64,000 bases of DNA from Eledone cirrhosa (lineage: Eukaryota), in assembly GCA_964016885.1 (NCBI GenBank), contig OZ024745.1:42842001-42906000 (forward strand). The letters run 5' to 3'. This document shows positions 51,922-64,000 of this stretch, piece by piece. Position 1 is the first letter of the stretch, and every line of letters begins with the position of its first letter. The position numbers were made by a program, and so were the translations under genes. The notes below the pieces were generated by a model. The model was not told where the DNA came from. It saw only the letters and a program-made list of their open reading frames with translations, and did not search any database.

Positions 51922-54900
51922 TTATCATCGTCATCATCATCTTCAACATCATCATCATCAACAACAACATCATCTTCAGCATCATCTTCATCTTCAACAT
52001 CATCTTCTACATCATCATCTTCAACATCATCATTATCAACAACATCATCATCATCATCATCATCATCAGCGTCATCATCAACATCATCATCAACTTCATC
52101 ATCCACAAGATTATCATCATCATCAAGGTCATCATCATCACCACCAGAAGCAATCACCATTATTACAATCACCATCATTACAATCACCATCATTACAACC
52201 ACCATCAATACAATCACCATCATTACAACCACCATCATTACAACCACCATCATTACAATCACCATCATTACAATCACCATCAATACAACCTCCATCAATA
52301 CAATCACCATCATTACAACCACCATCATTACAATCACCATCATTACAATCACCATCATTACAACCACCATCAATACAATCACCATCAATACAATCACCAT
52401 CATTACAATCACCATCATTACAATCACCATCATTACAATCACCATCAATGCAACCTCCATCAATACAATCACCATCATTACAACCACCATCATTACAACC
52501 ACCATCATTACAATCACCATCATTACAATCACCATCATTACAATCACCATCATTACAATCACCATCATTACAATCACCATCAATACAACCTCCATCAATA
52601 CAATCACCATCATTACAACCACCATCATTACAATCACCATCAATACAATCACCATCATTACAATCACCATCATTACAATCACCATCATTACAACCACCAT
52701 CATTACAATCACCATCATTACAATCACCATCATTACAATCACCATCATTACAACCACCATCAATACAACCACCATCAATACAACCACCATCATTACAATC
52801 ACCATCATTATAATCACCATCATTACAACCACCATCATTACAATCACCATCAATACAATCACCATCATTACAATCACCATCATTACAACCACCATCATTA
52901 CAACCACCATCATTACAATCACCATCAATACAACCACCATCAATACAATCACCATCATTACAATCACCATCATTACAATCACCATCATTACAACCACCAT
53001 CATTACAACCACCATCATTACAATCACCATCAATACAACCACCATCAATACAATCACCATCAATACAATCACCATCATTACAATCACCATCATTACAATC
53101 ACCATCATTACAACCACCATCATTACAATCACCATCATTACAATCACCATCATTACAACCACCATCAATACAACCACCATCATTACAATCACCATCAATA
53201 CAACCACCATCAATACAATCACCATCATTACAATCACCATCATTACAACCACCATCATTACAACCACCATCATTACAACCACCATCATTACAACCACCAT
53301 CAATACAATCACCATCATTACAACAACCATCAATACAACCACCATCATTACAATCACCATCAATACAACCACCATCATTACAATCACCATCAATACAATC
53401 ACCATCAATACAATCACCATCATTACAATCACCATCATTACAACCACCATCATTACAATCACCATCAATACAACCACCATCAATACAATCACCATCATTA
53501 CAATCACCATCATTACAACCACCATCATTACAACCACCATCATTACAACCACCATCATTACAACCACCATCATTACAACCACCATCAATACAATCACCAT
53601 CATTACAACCACCATCATTACAATCACCATCATTACAACCACCATCATTACAACCACCATCATTACAATCACCATCATTACAACCACCATCAATACAACC
53701 ACCATCATTACAACCACCATCATTACAATCACCATCAATACAACCACCATCATTACAATCACCATCAATACAATCACCATCATTACAATCACCATCATTA
53801 CAACCACCATCATTACAACCACCATCATTACAACCACCATCATTACAATCACCATCAATACAATCACCATCATTATAATCACCATCATTACAATCACCAT
53901 CATTACAATCACTATCATTACAATCACCATCATTACAATCACCATCATTACAATCACCATCATTACAATCACCATCAATACAATCACCATCATTACAATC
54001 ACCATCATTACAACCACCATCATTACAATCACCATCATTACAATCACCATCAATACAACCACCATCATTACAACCACCATCATTACAACCACCATCATTA
54101 CAATCACCATCATTACAACCACCATCATTACAATCACCATCAATACAATCACCATCATTACAATCACCATCAATACAATCACCATCATTACAATCACCAT
54201 CATTACAACCACCATCAATACAATCACCATCATTACAATCACCATCATTACAACCACCATCATTACAACCACCATCATTACAATCACCATCAATACAACC
54301 ACCATCATTACAACCACCATCATTACAATCGCCATCATTACAATCACTATCATTACAACCACCATCATTACAACCACCATCATTACAATCACCATCATTA
54401 CAACCACAATCATTACAACCACCATCATTACAATCATCATTACAATCACCATCATTACAATTACCATCATTACAATTACCATCATTACAATCACCATCAT
54501 TACAACCACCATCATTACAATCACCATCATTACAATCATCATTACAATTACCATCATTACAATCACCATCATTACAATCACCATCATTACAATCACCATC
54601 ATTACAATCATCATTACAATCACCATCATTACAATCATCATTACAATCACCATCATTACAATCACCATCATTACAATCACCATCATTACAATCACCATCA
54701 TTACAATCATCATTACAATCACCATCATTACAATCATCATTACAATCACCATCATTACAATCATCATTACAATCACCATCATTACAATCACCATCATTAC
54801 AACCACCATCATTACAATCACCATCATTACAATCATCATTACAATTACCATCATTACAATCACCATCATTACAATCACCATCATTACAATCACCATCATT

Positions 54901-56455
54901 ACAATCATCATTACAATCACCATCATTACAATCACCATCATTACAATCATCATTACAATTACCATCATTACAATTACCATCATTACAATCACCATCATTA
55001 CAATCACCATCATTACAATCACCATCATTACAATCATCATTACAATCACCATCATTACAATCACCATCATTACAATCATCATTACAACCACCATCATTAC
55101 AATCACCATCAATACAACCACCATCATTACAACCACCATCATTACAACCACCATCATTACAACCACCATCATTACAATCACTATCATTACAACCACCATC
55201 ATTACAACCACCATCATTACAATCACCATCATTACAATCATCATTACAACTACCATCATTACAATCACCATCATTACAATCACCATCATTACAATCACCA
55301 TCATTACAATCATCATTACAATCACCATCATTACAATCATCATTACAATCACCATCATTACAATCATCATTACGATCACCATCATTACAATCACCATCAT
55401 TACAACCACCATCATTACAATCACCATCATTACAATCATCATTACAATTACCATCATTACAATCACCATCATTACAATCACCATCATTACAATCACCATC
55501 ATTACAATCATCATTACAATCACCATCATTACAATCACCATCATTACAATCATCATTACAACCACCATCATTACAATCACCATCAATACAACCACCATCA
55601 TTACAACCACCATCATTACAACCACCATCATTACAATCACTATCATTACAACCACCATCATTACAACCACCATCATTACAATCACCATCATTACAATTAC
55701 CATCATTACAATTACCATCATTACAACCACCATCATTACAATCACCATCATTACAATCACTATCATTACAACCACCATCATTACAACCACCATCATTACA
55801 ATCACCATCATTACAATTACCATCATTACAACCACCATCATTACAACCACCATCATTACAATCATCATTACAATCACCATCATTACAACCACCATCATTA
55901 CAACCACCATCATTACAATTACCATCATTACAATCACCATCATTACAACCACCATCATTACAACCACCATCATTACAATTACCATCATTACAACCACCAT
56001 CATTACAATTACCATCATTACAACCACCATCATTACAATCACTATCATTACAACCACCATCATTACAACCACCATCATTACAATCACCATCATTACAACC
56101 ACCATCATTACAATTACCATCATTACAATGACCATCATTACAATTACCATCATTACAACCACCATCATTACAATCACTATCATTACAACCACCATCATTA
56201 CAACCACCATCATTACAATCACCATCATTACAATCACCATCATTACAACCACCATCATTACAATCACCATCATTACAATCACCATCATTACAATCACCAT
56301 CATTACAATCACCATCATTACAACCACCATCATTACAACCACCATCATTACAATTACCATCATTACAATCACCATCATTACAACCACCATCATTACAACC
56401 ACCATCATTAATCACCATCATTACAACCACCATCATTATAATCACCATCATTACA
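51922..56455. repeat. ~4.5-kb array: degenerate (TCA)n followed by a 15-bp unit ACAA(T/C)CACCATCA(T/A)T, with 12-bp variants after ~54430
   Basis: Directly visible. Confidence 0.97.
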
Positions 56456-56803
56456 TATAGTATATGTATGAGTGAATATATATGTATACATATATATAAG
56501 AGTAAATATATATATATATATACTTATAGTATATATATGAGTGAATATATATGTATACATATAGTATATCCTCATCAGATAAAATATATAAATTGATGTA
56601 TGACATACCTCAACTGTGCTGATGGTTCAATTCCAGTCTTGGCATATAGTATATGTATATATGAGTGAATATATATATATACATATAGTACATATTGAAT
56701 ATGTACTATATGTATATATTTAAATCAGTTATAAACTTTTAAGCTTGTTGGAATCCACACAAATTATATATAACTTCTGCATATGTACATATAGTATATA
56801 TTT

Positions 56804-57380
56804 CTAGGGCGGGTAAAATTCCCGAGATCCATGGACGAGTTCTCTCCAACGGTCTCTGTCCCTCATTATCGCTGCCATGTCCTGCGTCTCCAACAGACCA
56901 GTGTCTGTCCTTAGGGCATCAACATACGTTAACTTTGGTCTTCCCCTTCCAGTGTGTCCATGTAGGGGCTCCCACAGGAGCACTGAGTGCAATGTCAACT
57001 CTGGATGTCGGTGAGCATGTCCAGCCAACCTCAGTCTCCTCTGTGTCACTTTTGAGCTGACTTTTGGGAGGCTTCCGTACAGCTCTGAGTTTTTCATCCT
57101 CAGTGTATACTGATTAATATTCAGAGCCATCCTCAGCATTCTCGTGTAGCACCCATCCACCATCTGAGTGAGTTTCTTGGTCAGTGTCCAAGTCTCAGAC
57201 ACGTACAGCAGCACAGACTCTACTGCAGCAATGAAGAGGCGGATTTTCAGGTCTTTACGAAGGTCCGACTTCCACACGATCTGAAGCTGTGGCACGCCCT
57301 CAGGCTTTGCTCTTCCTCTCAACCACATCATCTTCCGTATTCCCAATCTTTGCTCCCAAATACAGGAAGTCCTCAACCAA
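56804..57380 (-). mobile_element. 5'-truncated RTE-clade LINE (3' end of ORF)
   Basis: [50 protein letters not shown]. Confidence 0.85.
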
Positions 57381-57453
57381 TACTATATGAATGTATGAGT
57401 GAATATATATATATATCATCATCATCACCGTTTAAAGTCTATCTTCCACGCTA

Positions 57454-57560
<107 letters not shown>

Positions 57561-57665
57561 GTGTGTGTGTGTATGTGTATATATATATATATATGTATAT
57601 TTATATGTGTATATATATATGTGTACATATATATATATGTATATTTATATGTGTGTGTGTGTGTT

Positions 57666-57747
<82 letters not shown>

Positions 57748-57766
57748 TAGATAGATATATATATAC

Positions 57767-57903
<137 letters not shown>

Positions 57904-58014
57904 TATATACACACACATATATATAAATATACACAAATATATGATCGCAGGGCTGTATGCTTGGTTTCTTTTAAGAAAGAAATCATATATATGAAACAGT
58001 GATATATACATATA

Positions 58015-58117
<103 letters not shown>

Positions 58118-58553
58118 GTGTATATTATATGAAATAAAGTAAAAAAGAAATCATGAAATAATAACATGTAAAGCCGTCTTCATTCCAATAAGTAATCCAT
58201 CATTTTCAGAGGGAAAAAATAATTTTAAAACACTCAATAGAAGAAAATAAGCAATAGAAATATATTTTCTTTTTTAAACAAAAAAAAGAACCAAGACAAA
58301 CAATGACAAAAAAAAGATTGAATTTAAGTAAAACGCCACAATAATTCAAAACTTATTCGAGTGCAAGTAACTATGACAACTCAGGCTTCACTGAACGCCG
58401 ATCATCAACGTTCACTCAAACAGAGCTACGTCAACGTTATGACTACACTGGCGCATAGATTTCGTCAACACCGAAATCTCTATACATACCGTTACAACTG
58501 ATAGGCGCCGCGCACAGACGCACGTATATACGTCGTTCATATACATTCATATA

Positions 58554-58627
<74 letters not shown>

Positions 58628-58644
58628 TGTATTATATATATATG

Positions 58645-58715
<71 letters not shown>

Positions 58716-59344
58716 TGTATATATTCCAACCATGACCATCCCCACTGAAAGTTTCGTGAAATAGTCTTTTTTAAGACTATACAGAGCATTTGTAGATTTT
58801 CCAAATTGAAGGATGAGTATTTTAAACTCTATTTTATTCTGAGTTAAGGCTTTATTGACTTTTCCCTGGATTTCACCAAATTCTGTGGATGAATCTATGT
58901 CCTGATTCTTTTTGAATTGAGTTTGAATTATTTTCCCACATCTTACGTTAACTATTTTTCCATTTTGACGCTATAGTCACTTATATATCATGAAATACTG
59001 TTGGCTTCTTGCTCACAATAATTTCTATACTTTTCATTTATATTTTTATACTTGGATTTCTTTTCTAGAGTGCTTAAAATTATTTGTGACTAATCCTGGT
59101 CTTTTTTTTAAAAAAAACGCGATAATATTGCTTTTTTGCTGAACTCCTTATATTGTAGAGTTTTTTGTCGGAATATTTTTGACTGTTGTTTCATGTAAAC
59201 AGACATTCGTCTCATTCTGACGTCACCAGCCCTGTCTACATGTGCGTTTATTTTCATAATTACGCATCATGTTGAACTAGCCTGCTTTTAAATTCCCTTT
59301 TTGGCATATTATAAACAGTGGTGCTTTGGTTATCGTGTCTTTGA

Positions 59345-59425
59345 GCTCTACTGATGATCGATTCCAACCGTGACCATCCCCACTGAAAGTTTCGTGAAAT
59401 AGTCTTTTTTAAGACTATACAGAGC
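59345..59425 (+). ncRNA. Type I hammerhead ribozyme (one stem I mismatch)
   Basis: gctcta-CTGATGA...GAAA-tagtctt(tttt)aagacta-TA-cagagc. Confidence 0.65.
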
Positions 59426-59969
59426 ATTTGTAGTTTTTCCAAATTGAAGGATGAGTATTTTAAACTTTATTTTATTCTGAGTTAAGGCTTTATTGACTTT
59501 TCCTTGGATTTCACCAAATTCTGATGTCCTGATTCTTTTTGAATTGAGTTTGAATTATTTTCTCACATCTTACGTTAACTATTTTTCCATTTTGACGCTA
59601 TAGTCACTTATATATTATGAAATAGTGTTGGCTTCTTGCTCACAATAATTTCTATACTTTTCATTTATATTTATACTCGGATTTCTTTTCTAGAGTGCTT
59701 AAAATTATTTGTGACTAATCCCGGTCTTTTTTTAAAAAAAAACGCGATAATATTGCTTTTTTGCTGAACTCCTTATATTGTAGAGTTTTTTGTCGGAATG
59801 TTTTTGACTGTTGTTTCATGTAAACAGACATTCGTTTCATTCTGACGTCACCAGCCCTGTCTACATGTGCGTTTATTTTCATAATTACGCATCATGTTGA
59901 ACTAGCCTGCTTTTAAATTCCCTTTTTGGCATATTATAAACAGTGGCACTGATGTTATCGTGTCTTTGA

Positions 59970-60050
59970 GCTCTGCTGATGATCGATTCCAACCGTGACC
60001 ATCCCCACTGAAAGTTTCGTGAAATAGTCTTTTTTAAGACTATACAGAGC
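59970..60050 (+). ncRNA. Type I hammerhead ribozyme, AUA site after 60044
   Basis: gctctg/cagagc stem I, CTGATGA, cga..tcg stem II, GAAA, 7-bp stem III. Confidence 0.75.
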
Positions 60051-60349
60051 ATTTGTAGTTTTTCCAAATTGAAGGATGAGTATTTTAAACTTTATTTTAT
60101 TCTGAGTTAAGGCTTTATTGATTTTTCCCTGGATTTCACCAAATTCTGTGGATGAATCTATGTCCTGATTCTTTTTGATTTGAGTTTGAATTATTTTCCC
60201 ACATCTTACGTTAACTATTTTCCCATTTTGACGTTATAGTCACTTATATATTATGAAATACTGTTGGCTTCTTGCTCACAATAATTTCTATACTTTTCAT
60301 TTATATAAATATATATATATGTATTACATACATATATATATATATATAA

Positions 60350-60504
60350 CAAAGGAAGTGGGGTAAGGAACCAGGTGGACCATAACGCACCAGAGTACTC
60401 AATACTTAGGGTAGTAGAGTGGGAAATAGGAAAAAGCATGACCCCCGACGGCAGAGCTCAAGCCGTTTCGACGGCTATTTCTGGAAGTCGGGGTCATACT
60501 TTTT

Positions 60505-60508
<4 letters not shown>
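60350..60508 (-). mobile_element. Second copy of the 1755-1916 fold-back element
   Basis: ggtaaggaaccaggtggaccataacgcacc.. shared. Third partial copy at 61137-61194 (+). Confidence 0.8.
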
Positions 60509-60572
<64 letters not shown>

Positions 60573-60694
60573 ATATAGAAATGGCTTCTACAGGACTAGA
60601 ACTGTTATGTATTGAGTACCTTACTTACTGTGGTTACCCCCGATTGAACCCGGGATAAACTTATCTTATATATATATAACATAAAAATATGTAT

Positions 60695-60728
<34 letters not shown>

Positions 60729-60744
60729 CAATATATATATATAT

Positions 60745-61003
60745 GTCCTGGGTATGACATTAAACTACATCCAGTGGCAAGGCTCCAGTTCGGGAGTTCA
60801 GGAGATGTGAGGAATGTGGAGTTACCCCTTAGTTGTCATGACTCCCAGGTTTGCCCTGGCCCGGGGTGGTAGTACCTGTTAGGGCTCCATTTATGGGTTA
60901 AATAACTACCTTATTCGAGTGGCGCCGGTAAGGTATTGTCAGCCATTGAAAAGAAATATGGAGAGTCGATCTAACAGCATCTCGGGAATTTTACCCGCCT
61001 TAG
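60745..61003 (+). mobile_element. Short non-autonomous element ending in the RTE 3' tip
   Basis: Last 25 nt atctcgggaattttacccgccttag match the reverse complement of 56804-56828. (TA)n flanks. Confidence 0.6.
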
Positions 61004-61023
61004 ATATATATATATGTAATACA

Positions 61024-61064
<41 letters not shown>

Positions 61065-61215
61065 CATATATAGATATGTGTTATACATACATATATGTTG
61101 TGTATGTGTAATATATATATAAACATACATATATATCGGATCTAGCTGTCGAAATGGCCGGAGCTCAGCCGTCGGCGTCCTCATTTTTTTCCTATGTATA
61201 CTGTATATATATATG

Positions 61216-61282
<67 letters not shown>

Positions 61283-61315
61283 TACATGTGTGTGTGCGTG
61301 TGTGTGTAGTGCATA

Positions 61316-61350
<35 letters not shown>

Positions 61351-61670
61351 TTTATTTAAATATGATAAAATTATAAGGGTCTAGATCGATATCCAGTGAT
61401 TTCGATCTTGTTTTTTACAATTTGCTCAACAAATTCATTTGGAACATACGCAGAGGAGTAATTGTAATACAACATCCCAGCCAGAGACCTAAAGCTATGA
61501 AAACAATGTAATTATTATATTGACGGATTAACATATAAAAAACGTTAAAGTACTCAGAATTTCATCAATTGAAAGAGCCAGTATCCTCCTACTTTAGCAC
61601 ACAAACATCCTCCGGGCTACAAGTATTCACATCTAAGCTGGTATATATATATAAATATATATATATATAT

Positions 61671-63235
61671 CATCATCATCATTTTACGTCCGCTTTTCCC
61701 TGCTTGCAAGGGTTGGAATGGTCCTATTCAGCACAGCATCTCTCCACTTGTCACGGTCCTTCGTCATCTCCTCCGTGAGTTTCAGCGATCTGAGGTCTGC
61801 TCTCACCACCTCCGTCCATGTTTTTCGTGGTCTACCTCTACTGCGTTTTCCTTCTACTGGGATTTCTTGGCATTTCTTTACCCAGCGGTCATCCTCCATG
61901 CGCATCACATGTCCATACCATCTCAGCCTTCTCTCCTGCACACCACAACTTATCCCTCTTATATCCAGTTTTTTTCTCAACTCGTTTATGCTTGTTCACG
62001 CACATTAACATTGCACATCCAACGGACCATACTTGCTTCATTTCTCTCCAGCCGTCGCATATCCTCTGCAGTTGCTGCCCATGTCTCACTACCATGCAAC
62101 ATCGCGCATCTCACACAGGCATCATATAACCGTCCTTTCGTACGCAGGAAGAAATCCTTCTTTGTCAACAGAGGAAGCAGCTCCCTAAACTTCTTCCAAC
62201 CCGTCCTTATTCTAGATACTATGGCCTCGGAACACCCATGCTTATCTGATCACCTAGGTACCGGAAGCTACCAACCCCTTCTATAGAACCCATCTGCATT
62301 GAAAAGATGTGTCTATCACTGCGATTACTACTGCCAATTTTCCCTGTACATCTACTGCATACGTAGTTTTCACTACCTGTTAGTTTGCATGCTATCCCAC
62401 TACATCTCTTGTGTGCCCAAGATCTGCATTGCGTACATGTTATGGAATTTATGCCAGTTCCTTTCCTACATATTGAACATGGCCATTTCCCTGATGGAAT
62501 CGGAGTATTGTCCTCTCTTCTACTTATCAATACTTTTGTCTTAGTTATGTTCACTCTCAGTCCTCTTTATTTCAACTGCCGTTTTCTTTGCCAGAATTTA
62601 TTCTCTAGCTCCTCTACTGATTCTGCTATAAGAACCAGATCATCAGCATAGAGAAGTTCCCATGGGCATCCAGTCTTAAACTCCTCTGTTATGGCTTGGA
62701 GGACTATAATGAACAAGAGTGGGCTGAGAACCGAACCCTGATGTACACCTACTTGTATCTGGAATTATTCACGAAACTCCATTCCTACTCTCACTTTACT
62801 AACAGCACCCCTGTACATAGCTTGCACTGTCCTCACAAGCCATTCCTCTACACCTAGTTTCCTTAGGGACCACCAGATGACAGATCAGAGTACCCTATCA
62901 AAGGACTTCTCTAGGTCAACAAAAGCTAAGTATAGTGCTAAGTATATTCTTCTCTAAGAACCTCTCTTGTAGTTGCCTCACTAAGAAGAGGGCATCTGTT
63001 GTACTTTTCCGGGGCACAAAACCAAACTGCATCTCATCTAGTTTGACCCTTTCTCTAATCAGTTGCGCTAATATCCTTTCTGCCACTTTCATAACCTGAT
63101 CCATCAGCTTTATGCTCCTATAATTGCTCCTCTCCAGAGCATCCCCTTTACCTTTGTAGCAATTTATGAGAATAGTGCTGCACCAGTCTTTGGGTATGAC
63201 ACCACCATATATAGCTTGATTGATGATGCGTGCAA

Positions 63236-63237
<2 letters not shown>
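61671..63237 (-). mobile_element. 5'-truncated, frameshifted RTE-clade LINE
   Basis: YKGKGDALERSNYRSIKL, QFGFVP..STTDA, GVHQGSVLSPLLF, LLYADDL, LHGSETW, RRLRWYGHV, RGRPRKTW, (GAT)n tail. Confidence 0.92.
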
Positions 63238-63282
<45 letters not shown>

Positions 63283-63333
63283 GGTTTAGGCACAAGGCCA
63301 ACAATTTCAGGGGAGAGGAAAGTCGATTTGTAT

Positions 63334-63507
<174 letters not shown>

Positions 63508-63619
63508 CGTGTACAGATATGTGTTTATACGAATGACCATAGGATTTGCCCCTAGAAAGTCTCCCCACTCCATACCACCGATTTCGTCTAAGCGAAGGGC
63601 TAAGGCCGATAAACCTTGG

Positions 63620-63727
63620 CACCAGTGATATAAAGTGTCTTACTCAAGGACACAGCTCACCAGGCATTCCGATAATCGAACTCACAACCTTACAATTGTA
63701 AACCCAACGCTCTAAACACTAAGCTAT
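63620..63727 (-). mobile_element. CORE-like SINE head
   Basis: Minus: tagcttagtg..gagttcgatt..gtgtccttgagtaagacacttt. Confidence 0.7.
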
Positions 63728-64000
63728 GAACTTATTAAATTTATTTATTTAGAGAGGAGGAGAGGGGATGGAGGGGGAGAAAGTATAGAGAGAGGGGGGA
63801 GAGGGGGAGAATTGAAGTCAGGACAAGACAACGAACGGAAACAAAACAAAACGAAAAGCATTTTTTTAATGGGGAACCTTTAAAATCTTTTTTTTTTTTA
63901 ATATACAAACGAAGGACACAGAACTCCATGATCATCGGCTGTTGAGACGGACTTGGGCAATTTCGACCCCTACCAACGGTACTACTGCTTCATCCGGAAT

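Larger units (their letters stand above)
58723..60305 (+). mobile_element. Tandem array (~2.5 copies) of a 625-638-bp hammerhead-containing unit
   Basis: GAAA core recurs at 58758, 59396 and 60021. (TA)n flanks. No credible ORF. Confidence 0.92.

Noticed and set aside
52138-56451. 1437-aa CNDGD-repeat and 1541-aa TITII-repeat ORFs as real proteins
   Set aside because: Three frames are open at once, which the repeat composition explains. No credible start or unique domain.
59260-60067. Repeated 60-aa [16 protein letters not shown]..
   Set aside because: Non-ATG start, antisense to the hammerhead, and frame not conserved in the 14-kb copy.

Overview
Eukaryotic, AT-rich, extremely microsatellite-dense DNA. 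The repeat style suggests an octopus/cephalopod genome (inference). No host protein-coding gene can be called with confidence, and most ORFs in the supplied track are artefacts of (TA)n/(CA)n/(GA)n tracts or triplet-built minisatellites. The window is a nest of mobile elements. It holds one apparently full-length Tx1-type LINE with an intact 1139-aa ORF2 (25807-31835, minus), sitting in an (AAT)n tract with two truncated R4/Dong-type elements and a SINE. It also has many tRNA-derived SINEs, two non-autonomous Helitrons, RTE, CRE, Penelope and hAT remnants, and a pair of hAT-type termini with matching 8-bp flanks 14.8 kb apart. Two signals stand out. (1) Several unrelated non-coding elements, mostly in (TA)n, carry type I hammerhead ribozyme folds; these include a 625-638-bp tandem unit present at two loci (retrozyme-like) and a GUC hammerhead with perfect stems I and III at 23901-23993. 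(2) A spaced 3'-terminal motif, CCTTGTG-N8-AGAAA-(ATT)n, is shared by the abundant SINE and the Tx1 LINE, suggesting a SINE-LINE partnership that targets (ATT)n. All folds and alignments were done by eye.
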